A DNA stretch of 64,000 nt, taken from Porticoccaceae bacterium. GTDB taxonomy: Bacteria; Pseudomonadota; Gammaproteobacteria; Pseudomonadales; Porticoccaceae. Under the pieces are notes generated by a model. It had not been told where the DNA came from. It saw only the letters and a list, made by a program, of their open reading frames with translations, and made no database searches. Shown piece by piece: positions 18,022 to 25,668 of the stretch (position 1 is the stretch's first letter; each line of letters opens with the position of its first letter). Location of the stretch: the NCBI GenBank assembly GCA_028280905.1, contig JANQKW010000331.1:2000-65999 (forward strand), written 5' to 3'. Made by a program: the position numbers and the translations under genes.

Positions 18022-20115
18022 GTGAGTTCGAACATGCGTATGGGTTGCGATATCGGCGGCACCTTTACTGATTTCGTGGTATTTGATGAGGACACGGGGA
18101 CGCTGCGGGTTGAAAAGTGCCTCACCACGCCCAGGGACCCTTCTGATGGGGTCATGGAGGGTGTGCGTTTGCTCGACGAAGACGCCCCGGGGTTTTTAAC
18201 ACAAACAGGGCAGGTATTTCACGGTACAACCTTGGTCATAAACGCCGTGTTGGAGCGCAGAGGCGCTAAAACGGCTTTATTGACAACCGAGGGTTTTCGG
18301 GACGTTCTGGCGATAGGAACGGAGCGTCGCTATGACCTGTACGATTTGCAACAGCAATATCCTGAACCCCTGGTGCCGCGACGATTGCGACTGGGAGTTA
18401 ATGAGCGAATCCGCAGTGACGGCAAAGTCATACGCGAACTCGATCAGGCGCAGATAAAGAAGCTTGCGGCCGAACTCAAATCAGAGGATGTGGAATCCGT
18501 AGCGATTTGTCTGCTTCACTCCTATACCAATCCGCAACATGAACAACAGTTACGCGTGATGTTTGAGGAAGCCCTGCCCGGCGTGAATATCTCTCTGTCG
18601 TCTGAAGTGTTGCCGGAAATAAACGAGTATACGCGTACCTCGACAACGGTGGTAAACGCCTACTGTAAACCCTTGATGACCAGCTATTTGACCAGCTTGA
18701 AAGAGCGAATGAATGACAATGGGTTGGCCGGCCAGTTGCTGGTGATGCTGTCCAGCGGCGGTGTCACTTCGATTGACACCGCGAGTCGCAATCCGGTTCG
18801 GCTGATTGAGTCCGGGCCGGTGGGCGGGGTGATTCTGGCCCAGCATGTCAAGGCTCTGTGCGGAATGAAGGACGCTTTTGCCTTTGATATGGGTGGCACC
18901 ACGGCAAAAATTTGTATTATGGAGGGAGACACGCTGCCGCGCACCAGCGTCTATGAAGTGGCTCGCACCCAGCGTTTTAAAGTCGGCAGTGGTCTGCCGA
19001 TCAAGGTGCCCTGTGTCGATCTGCTGGAAATAGGTACCGGCGGCGGCAGTATCGCCGGCATCAACGATCTTGAATTGCTGCAGGTGGGTCCGCGCAGCGC
19101 CGGTTCGGAGCCAGGCCCGGCCTGTTACGGGCTTGGGGGTGAAAACCCGACGGTTACTGACGCCGACCTGGTATTGGGTTACCTTGACCCGAATTTCTTT
19201 CTCGGCGGTGAAATGAAGCTGGATGTTGACGCCGCTCAAGCTGCAATTGAGGCTAAAGTCGGCCAGCCGCTGGGATTGGACGTCGCCCGGGCGGCCTTCG
19301 GTATTCATGATTCCGCCAACGAAAGTATGGCCGCCGCTACCAGGATGTATGCGGCAGAGCGCGGCGTTGATCCGACCGAACTCGCACTGGTGGCATCCGG
19401 CGGCGCCGGTCCGGTACATTGCTACGGATTGGCCGCCAAGCTGGGTGTGCGGGAAATCATTATTCCGGTTGCGGTAGGCGTGGGTTCGGCGTTGGGCTTT
19501 TTGGTGGCGCCGATATCCTACGATTTGGTTCGCACCCACAAAGTACCGCTGCCGGATGCTGATTTATCGGAAGTGGAATCGCTGTTCCGTGGCCTTGAGG
19601 CGGATGCGCGTGGGGTTATGAAAGAAGCCGGACAAACCAAAGAGCCCGAATTTGTCAGGTCCCTCGATGTGCGTTACGTGGGGCAGGGATACGAAATTAA
19701 CGTTGTGCTTCCGCGAGGGGCTGTTGATTCGCAGGGCATGAGTGCCTTGGCCGAGCTGTTCCAGGCCACCTATGAGGAACTCTTTGGCCGCTCATTCGAA
19801 GGCAACGCCTTTGAAATAGTCAACCTCAGAATCATTGCCAGTGGACCGATACCACCGAGCCCGATAGTGCCGCGCGCCGGCACCGGGAGTGACTACAGAA
19901 AAACAGCGAGGCAGGCATGGTGCCCAATCGCGGATGGGTACGTTGAACATCGGGTTTACGACCGCTACTCGGTCCCCACCGGGCTGACCTTGGAAGGCCC
20001 CGCTATCTTCGAGGAGCGCGAATCTACGGTGGTTGTCGGGTCGGGGGCGACGGCCTGGGTGGATGAGCAGGGTTTATTGAGAATTCGACTTCCCGAAGAA
20101 GGAGTGACACCATGA
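18022..20115 (+). CDS. Hydantoinase/oxoprolinase A-family subunit (HyuA-like; ATP-dependent lactamase/carboxylase beta-type)
   Basis: CDIGGTFTDFVV N-terminal ATPase motif, ~690 aa. The start is ambiguous (GTG 18022 with AGGAGA upstream, or ATG 18034/18040). Confidence 0.9.
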   Translation: MSSNMRMGCDIGGTFTDFVVFDEDTGTLRVEKCLTTPRDPSDGVMEGVRLLDEDAPGFLTQTGQVFHGTTLVINAVLERRGAKTALLTTEGFRDVLAIGTERRYDLYDLQQQYPEPLVPRRLRLGVNERIRSDGKVIRELDQAQIKKLAAELKSEDVESVAICLLHSYTNPQHEQQLRVMFEEALPGVNISLSSEVLPEINEYTRTSTTVVNAYCKPLMTSYLTSLKERMNDNGLAGQLLVMLSSGGVTSIDTASRNPVRLIESGPVGGVILAQHVKALCGMKDAFAFDMGGTTAKICIMEGDTLPRTSVYEVARTQRFKVGSGLPIKVPCVDLLEIGTGGGSIAGINDLELLQVGPRSAGSEPGPACYGLGGENPTVTDADLVLGYLDPNFFLGGEMKLDVDAAQAAIEAKVGQPLGLDVARAAFGIHDSANESMAAATRMYAAERGVDPTELALVASGGAGPVHCYGLAAKLGVREIIIPVAVGVGSALGFLVAPISYDLVRTHKVPLPDADLSEVESLFRGLEADARGVMKEAGQTKEPEFVRSLDVRYVGQGYEINVVLPRGAVDSQGMSALAELFQATYEELFGRSFEGNAFEIVNLRIIASGPIPPSPIVPRAGTGSDYRKTARQAWCPIADGYVEHRVYDRYSVPTGLTLEGPAIFEERESTVVVGSGATAWVDEQGLLRIRLPEEGVTP

Positions 20116-21776
20116 GCCAAACATTCGACGCGCTGACACTGGAACGCGCCTGGTCGCGCCTGAAATCGATCGCCGACGAGGCCGACGCCAGCGTTATGCG
20201 CACGGCCTTCTCCAGCATTATTCGCGACTCTCATGATTATTCCTGTGCCTTTTATGATGCTCGCGGCTACCTGATGTCGCAGCCCGGCTTTGTGACACCG
20301 GGATTGCTGGGCGGCATGACGGCGGCTATTCGCGCCATAAACGACTATTTCCCGTTTCAATCACTGGTCGAAGGGGACGTGATTATTACTAACGATCCGT
20401 GGCTTGTTTGCGGCCATCTGCCTGATGTCATGGTCGCGGCGCCAGTCTTCCACCACGGCAAACTGGTCGCTTTCGCCGCCTGTGTTTTTCACCATCAGGA
20501 TATCGGCGGTCGTCTGGGCGTCGATAACCGCGAGATCTTTGAAGAAGGTCTGCAAATTCCGCCGTCGATGTTGTGCCGCGCCGGCCAATTTAACGAAGAC
20601 CTGATAGGCGTTATGAGCGCCAACTCCCGTATGCCGGAGTTGTTAGTCAACGATATTCGCTCGCAGGTTAATACCGTTCAGTTTACCGGCAGCCGCATCC
20701 GGGCATTTCTCGATGAATTTGGCTGGGACAGCCTGGAGCCTATCGCCGACGCTATTTTTGAGCGCACTGAAGTTGCGTTACGCAAGTCGATTGAGGAGAT
20801 TCCCGACGGCGTGTACAGGTCCGAATACCCGATTGAAACCGGCGACGGTGACCGGACGGTTTTGGTTAAGCTGGCGTTGACCGTGGACGGTGGCAGCGTT
20901 ACCGCGGATTTTGAGGGTTCCGACCCGCAGATCGATCGCGGAATCAACTGTGTATTGAATTTCACCATTGCCTATTGCCTGTTCGCCTTGAAGTCAGTGA
21001 CCGCGCCATTCCTGCCAAACAATCACGGTTCTACCAAACCCTTTACGGTGAAAGCGCCGGAAGGCTCCATTGTCAATGCAAAGCGGCCCGCAGCGGTGAT
21101 TGCGCGTAACACGGTTGGCCATTTTATTCCCTCGCTGGTTTACGAGGCGCTTGCGGAAGTTGTCCCGGAAAAAGTGATTGCCGAAAGCGGTTCCCTGCCA
21201 ACCTGGTGGTTGACACTGGCGGGAACGCGTCACGACGGCCGTCCGTTTATGGTCGGCCCGATGTTTTCCGGCGGCATAGGCGCGCGAAGCTCCTCCGACG
21301 GCGTCTCCTGCTTAACCTTTCCGGCCAATGTCAACAACACCCCGGTTGAATTGCTGGAATCCGATAGCCCGCTTATTGTCGAGCGCCGTGAATATCTGCA
21401 GGACTCCGGTGGTGCGGGTCGCTACCGCGGCGGGCTCGGGCAGGAGTTCGCGCTGCGAGTGCCGGATGACGATATGGCCCCGGACGGACCTGTAGTGGAA
21501 TTTCTCACCGCGGGCCGCTTCTCAACGGTGGCGAAAGGTGTTTCCGGCGGCGGCGAGGGTTCGTTGGCGTCGGCCATACTTAACGGCGAGCCGATCACCT
21601 GGGGTAAATCTTTTCTGCTAAATGCCGGTGATCGCATCAGCTACCGTACTGCAGGGGGTGGTGGTTACGGTGCTCCCGGGGAGCGCGACCGGGAGCTGGT
21701 GGCGGAAGAGCTGCGGGAGGGTTTGATCTCCGCAGAAGCGGCGTTCGACCTGTACGGACTGAAATCTCACGGGTAA
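20112..21776 (+). CDS. Hydantoinase B/oxoprolinase-family subunit (HyuB-like)
   Basis: 554 aa. ATGA overlap with the A subunit. ...SIIRDSHDYSCAFYDARG...GGAGRYRGGLG matches the family pattern. Confidence 0.9.
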   Translation: MSQTFDALTLERAWSRLKSIADEADASVMRTAFSSIIRDSHDYSCAFYDARGYLMSQPGFVTPGLLGGMTAAIRAINDYFPFQSLVEGDVIITNDPWLVCGHLPDVMVAAPVFHHGKLVAFAACVFHHQDIGGRLGVDNREIFEEGLQIPPSMLCRAGQFNEDLIGVMSANSRMPELLVNDIRSQVNTVQFTGSRIRAFLDEFGWDSLEPIADAIFERTEVALRKSIEEIPDGVYRSEYPIETGDGDRTVLVKLALTVDGGSVTADFEGSDPQIDRGINCVLNFTIAYCLFALKSVTAPFLPNNHGSTKPFTVKAPEGSIVNAKRPAAVIARNTVGHFIPSLVYEALAEVVPEKVIAESGSLPTWWLTLAGTRHDGRPFMVGPMFSGGIGARSSSDGVSCLTFPANVNNTPVELLESDSPLIVERREYLQDSGGAGRYRGGLGQEFALRVPDDDMAPDGPVVEFLTAGRFSTVAKGVSGGGEGSLASAILNGEPITWGKSFLLNAGDRISYRTAGGGGYGAPGERDRELVAEELREGLISAEAAFDLYGLKSHG

Positions 21777-21874
21777 GCCGGCATTGCTTGCCGGGACCGT
21801 CGTCGGCAGGGATGCCGACGTCGAGCTTACAAGGACGTATTCACAGCGCGTCCTGGCAAGCAATGCCGGCTTAC
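21773..21874. repeat. 102-bp nested palindrome overlapping the hyuB-like stop codon
   Basis: Arms are GTAAGCCGGCATTGCTTGCCGGGAC (21773..21797) and GTCCTGGCAAGCAATGCCGGCTTAC (21850..21874), 24/25 complementary. An inner hairpin CGTCGGCA-ggga-TGCCGACG is present. No U-tract follows. Confidence 0.7.
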
Positions 21875-21931
21875 CAACGTTCGGGTTAGTCATTAATAAC
21901 GACTACCATTGCTGACGAAATAGAGAATATC

Positions 21932-22657
21932 TTGAGCACGGACACTTTGTTGTTTGATGTTAGCGAGCATGTGGCGGTGATTACATTGAATCGCCCGGCA
22001 AAGCGCAATGCGATGAGCGGCGCGATGTTCCGTGCGTTTATGGATTGTCTCAATAGCGTGAGGCGGGACAGTGATATTCGCGCCGCTGTGATTAACGGCG
22101 CAGGAGGCGCTTTTTGTGCCGGTGTCGATCTCAAGGAGCGGGCAGCGGGTGACGATGGCCGCAATTTTGATAGAACGCCGGCGGCGTTGATTAACGCCAA
22201 CCCCTCCGATCGTTGGTCAACCATGACCGTTGAGAAACCGCTGATTGCCGCTGTCGACGGTTACGCCCTGGGCGGTGGTTTTGAAATATCACTGATGTGT
22301 GACATCAGAATTTGCTCCCCCGAGGCGCAGTTTGGTCTGCCGGAAATCGCGCGGGGTTTTTTTCCTGGAGGCGCAGGCCCGCAACGACTCGCTCGGGCGA
22401 TTCCCCAATCCATGGCCATGGAATTGTTGCTGACCGGTGATCGCATCGACGCCCATACCGCGCTGCGCTGCGGTCTGGTCAGCCGTGTCGTGCCCGGCGA
22501 GCAATTGCGAAATGCGGCGCTGAAAATCGCCAGACGCATCGCCGGTCACGCGCCTCTCGCCGTGCGAGCCGCAAAGCAAGTGACGCTGGCGTTCCCGGAT
22601 CAAACCCTTGATCAAGCCATGCGGCTCGGCGGGGCGCTGCGCTGGCCCAGTTGTTGA
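21932..22657 (+). CDS. Enoyl-CoA hydratase paralog, C-terminally truncated (possibly decaying)
   Basis: Collinear with the 12737..13531 product up to ...MRLGGALRW, then ends PSC*. It lacks the last ~25 aa (AIGQTEDAKEGPKAFAEKRDPVYKGR in the paralog). Its stop directly abuts the stop of the convergent hydrolase gene. Confidence 0.65.
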   Translation: MSTDTLLFDVSEHVAVITLNRPAKRNAMSGAMFRAFMDCLNSVRRDSDIRAAVINGAGGAFCAGVDLKERAAGDDGRNFDRTPAALINANPSDRWSTMTVEKPLIAAVDGYALGGGFEISLMCDIRICSPEAQFGLPEIARGFFPGGAGPQRLARAIPQSMAMELLLTGDRIDAHTALRCGLVSRVVPGEQLRNAALKIARRIAGHAPLAVRAAKQVTLAFPDQTLDQAMRLGGALRWPSC

Positions 22658-23329
22658 CTATGCGTTCATGTGTTTCGCCATAAAGGCCAGGGTTCTTTGC
22701 CAAGCGATTTTGGCATGCTCCTCCGAGTAGCTTGCTCGGTGATCACAGTTGAAACCGTGCTGAGCATCATAGGTCCGGATGTCTGCATTCGGTTGCGCCT
22801 CGCGAATGGCGTTGACGTGATCCATTGGGATAGAGTGGTCTTGCTCGCCGAAATGCAGCAATAGCGGGCAGCGGGGCGTCTCGTTGCGCATTTCCATTAT
22901 TTTGCCGCCATAGTAGCCTATTGCGCAGGCAAACCCGTCCAACCGGGTTGCAGCGGCGAAAGCAACCGAGCCGCCCAGGCAGAATCCGGTGACCGCGATG
23001 GGTTTGTTGCCGTTCAGCATGTCTCTTGCGGCGGCTGCGTCTCGCATATAGTCATCAAAGTTACCGTTGGCCATAAATCCCCGAGCGATATCAACCTTTT
23101 CTCCTTCGTAGCCGCACTGAAAATCCCGCTGCTGTCGGTCAAAGATAGAGGGCGCCACGGCAACATAGCCTGCGTCGGCAAAGCGATCTGTGACTTCGCG
23201 GATATGCTGATTTACACCAAAAATTTCCTGAACAACCACAATGGCGCCTTTTGTAACACCTGTTGGGCGGGATATATAGCCCCCCAGCTCAAAGCCGTCA
23301 GAAGCTGTTAACCTGATGTTTTCTCCCAT
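22658..23329 (-). CDS. Dienelactone hydrolase-family protein
   Basis: GAIVVVQEIFGVNQHIREVTDRFADAGYVAVAP and the nucleophile motif GFCLGG. Start moved to the ATG with GAGGA 8 nt upstream (MGENIRLTASDG). Confidence 0.85.
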   Translation of the reverse strand: MGENIRLTASDGFELGGYISRPTGVTKGAIVVVQEIFGVNQHIREVTDRFADAGYVAVAPSIFDRQQRDFQCGYEGEKVDIARGFMANGNFDDYMRDAAAARDMLNGNKPIAVTGFCLGGSVAFAAATRLDGFACAIGYYGGKIMEMRNETPRCPLLLHFGEQDHSIPMDHVNAIREAQPNADIRTYDAQHGFNCDHRASYSEEHAKIAWQRTLAFMAKHMNA

Positions 23330-23368
23330 AAGCACTGTCCTCATGTGTGTTTGGCTACAAATTGCTAC

Positions 23369-23383
23369 GCAATTTTCGCACCA
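23369..23383 (-). promoter_or_regulatory. Candidate sigma-54 -24/-12 promoter for the dienelactone hydrolase gene
   Basis: Minus strand reads TGGTGCGAAAATTGC, ~40 nt upstream of start 23329. Confidence 0.5.
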
Positions 23384-23534
23384 GTGCAAATTCACGCCCC
23401 TTGAGTTTCGCAAGTGTCTTCTTCGCGGACGTTCCGGGCGGATAATCTGAACATCCCGAAAACACAATTCAGTTTTGTAAAGATGATTTCCAGTAAAACA
23501 CCGGTATTCAACCGGTTCTTAGTGAGGCTTTTGG

Positions 23535-23549
23535 TGGCACAGAATTTGC
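23535..23549 (+). promoter_or_regulatory. Candidate sigma-54 -24/-12 promoter for the 9-gene acyl-CoA operon
   Basis: TGGCACAGAATTTGC, a near-perfect match to TGGCAC-N5-TTGC, 46 nt upstream of ATG 23595. Confidence 0.75.
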
Positions 23550-23594
23550 TGAACTAAAAAATCGTACCTCCACAGGAATAAGTAACTGGTTGCT

Positions 23595-24854
23595 ATGAGT
23601 CCTAAAGGGTCACATCAGGAAGAGCACGACTTGGAACTCCCCTATGCCGGGCTGCCGCAGGTTAATGCCGGTGGTGCGTTCTCATTAATTTCAGGTATCC
23701 GGGTACTGGACCTGACGACATCGGTCGCCGGTCCCTATGCTACGATGCTACTATCTGATTTTGGTGCGGAGATAATAAAGATAGAACGCCCTGAGGGTGA
23801 CGATGCCCGCCATTGGGGGCCGCCGTTCTTAAACGATCAGGCGCTTTGGTTTAGCGCCGTAAATCGAAACAAAAAAAGCGTCGTTGTAGATTTGACAACG
23901 CCCGCGGGAAAAGCTGAAATCAACAGGCTTTTAGCAACCGCCGATGTCGTGGTTACCAATCAGCCGCTCAACGTTCAGCGCAAGCTAGGCCTAGACTATG
24001 AATCAATGAAGGCGATTCGCGAAGACGTGGTATTTACATCCATTTCCGGCTTTGGCCTCAGTGGGGCAAGGGGGGATCTCACTTGCTACGATCTGATCGC
24101 TGAAGGCTACTCGGGCATTATGGATGTCACCGGCGCGGCAGATAGCGCCCCCCAAAAAATTGGTGCCCCCGCGGCGGATATGCTGGCCGGTCAGGATGCT
24201 GCAATGGCTACCATGGCCGCGTTATTTGACAGGCAGCGGTCCGGTAGGGGCCGGTTAGTTGACGTGAGCCTGGTGGAGAGCATGACCCGGTTTCTATCAT
24301 GCAGGATATCTTCCTACATGGGTTCCGGAGAAGTGCCCACGCGGTCGGGTGGCACAGATAGCGTGATTGCGATTTACCAGGCATTTGATACGGCCGATCA
24401 TCCTCTCACGTTGGGGCTTGGGTCGGACGCCATATGGCAGCGTTTCTGGAAGGCGCTTGGCGAGGCCGGCTATGCTGACAACCCGGACTTTAAAACCAAT
24501 GCCTCCAGGCGTAATTATCGCAAGGTCATTGTCGATCACATTCAGTCGATTCTGGTCACGCGCGGACGGGACCAATGGTTGAAGCTATTTGCCCAAGCGC
24601 GCATACCTGCCGGTCCGATCTATCGTGTCGATGAAGTTGTTGCGGATAAAGCGTTACAGGATAGAGGGTTGTTCTTTTCACTGGTAACGGGCGAGCGGGT
24701 CGTTCCCCAGGTCGGTCTCGGGATTCATATCGACGGGCAACCCTGTATTCCCCGTTCAGCGCCGCCCAACCTGGGAGAACACAGCAGCGAATTTCTGGGT
24801 CAGCCCTCCGCCATGACGGGCGAAGCCGACGTTGACCCGGGCACCGGCGATTAA
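23595..24854 (+). CDS. Family III (CaiB/BaiF) CoA-transferase
   Basis: GIRVLDLTTSVAGPYATMLLSDFGAEIIKIERP...NRNKKS. The N-terminal 30 aa extension is uncertain. Confidence 0.85.
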   Translation: MSPKGSHQEEHDLELPYAGLPQVNAGGAFSLISGIRVLDLTTSVAGPYATMLLSDFGAEIIKIERPEGDDARHWGPPFLNDQALWFSAVNRNKKSVVVDLTTPAGKAEINRLLATADVVVTNQPLNVQRKLGLDYESMKAIREDVVFTSISGFGLSGARGDLTCYDLIAEGYSGIMDVTGAADSAPQKIGAPAADMLAGQDAAMATMAALFDRQRSGRGRLVDVSLVESMTRFLSCRISSYMGSGEVPTRSGGTDSVIAIYQAFDTADHPLTLGLGSDAIWQRFWKALGEAGYADNPDFKTNASRRNYRKVIVDHIQSILVTRGRDQWLKLFAQARIPAGPIYRVDEVVADKALQDRGLFFSLVTGERVVPQVGLGIHIDGQPCIPRSAPPNLGEHSSEFLGQPSAMTGEADVDPGTGD

Positions 24855-24879
24855 CATTACCACTTTCCAAGAGGGACAT

Positions 24880-25659
24880 ATGAGCTTCAGCGAAATTCTG
24901 TACCAGGAAGAGGGTCCGATCGGGACCATCACAATTAACCGCCCGGACAACGGCAACATGTTTACCGAAACCATGTGCCATGAAATTCGGGACTGCATTG
25001 AGGCGATCCGCCGTGAAACTCGCACAAGGGTTGTGGTATTGACCGGCGCGGGCGACAAGTTCTTCTGTATCGGCGGCCAGAAGGATGGCATGGAGAAAAC
25101 CAAGCTGTACGCCGGGGTTTTACCCACTTTGGAAATGTATGAAGCCATTGATAAGTTGCAGAAGCCCGTTATTGCAAGCGTCAATGGCTTTGCGGTCGGT
25201 GGCGGTAATGTGCTGCAAATGGTTTGTGACGTGACTATCGCCAAGGAAAGCGCAATTTTTCGTCAGGTGGGCCCGATGATGGGTTCATTTGACGCCGGCT
25301 ATGGCACCTGGTATTTGGAAGACCTGGTCGGCAAAAAGCGCGCTAAGGAAATCTGGTACGCCAATCCCAAAATGAGTGCCAGCGAAGCCAAGGAAATTGG
25401 CCTGATCAACCGTGTCGTACCGGATGAGCAATTGGCGGAAAAAACACGGGAATTTGCGCTTGAAATTGCCGACCGCGGTGCCTTTGCCCTGGCGTCAATC
25501 AAAGCTGCGTTCAACGCCCGGCATGGCGGTGTTGGGGGCTTATCCAGAGTTTCCCACGATTTGCTCCTTAGCCAGTACCTGGGCACTGAAGAGCATAGGG
25601 AATTGAACAAGAGCTTTAACGAGCGCGCTAAGCCGGATCCGTCCAAATTTGGACAGTGA
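24880..25659 (+). CDS. MenB/BadI-subgroup crotonase (candidate ring-cleaving 2-ketoacyl-CoA hydrolase)
   Basis: VVLTGAGDKFFCIGGQ...VNGFAVGGGNVLQMVCDVTIAKESAIFRQVGPMMGSFDAGYGTWYL resembles MenB/BadI (GPKVGSFDGGWG region) as I remember it. Start at ATG 24880 (GAGGGA upstream). Confidence 0.65.
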   Translation: MSFSEILYQEEGPIGTITINRPDNGNMFTETMCHEIRDCIEAIRRETRTRVVVLTGAGDKFFCIGGQKDGMEKTKLYAGVLPTLEMYEAIDKLQKPVIASVNGFAVGGGNVLQMVCDVTIAKESAIFRQVGPMMGSFDAGYGTWYLEDLVGKKRAKEIWYANPKMSASEAKEIGLINRVVPDEQLAEKTREFALEIADRGAFALASIKAAFNARHGGVGGLSRVSHDLLLSQYLGTEEHRELNKSFNERAKPDPSKFGQ

Positions 25660-25668
25660 GCATGTAGC

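Noticed and set aside
18550-19539. 329-aa minus-strand ORF inside the hydantoinase A gene
   Set aside because: It is antisense to a gene with clear family motifs. Its Arg/Gly/His/Gln-rich composition is typical of open antisense frames in GC-rich DNA. The same reasoning applies to 10560..11306, 8094..8708, 7856..8377, 15933..16367, 34730..35536, 35824..36534 and similar track entries.
23352-23365. TGGCTACAAATTGC on the plus strand
   Set aside because: The GG-to-GC spacing is one base short of the sigma-54 requirement, and it would point into the divergent region rather than toward a nearby start.
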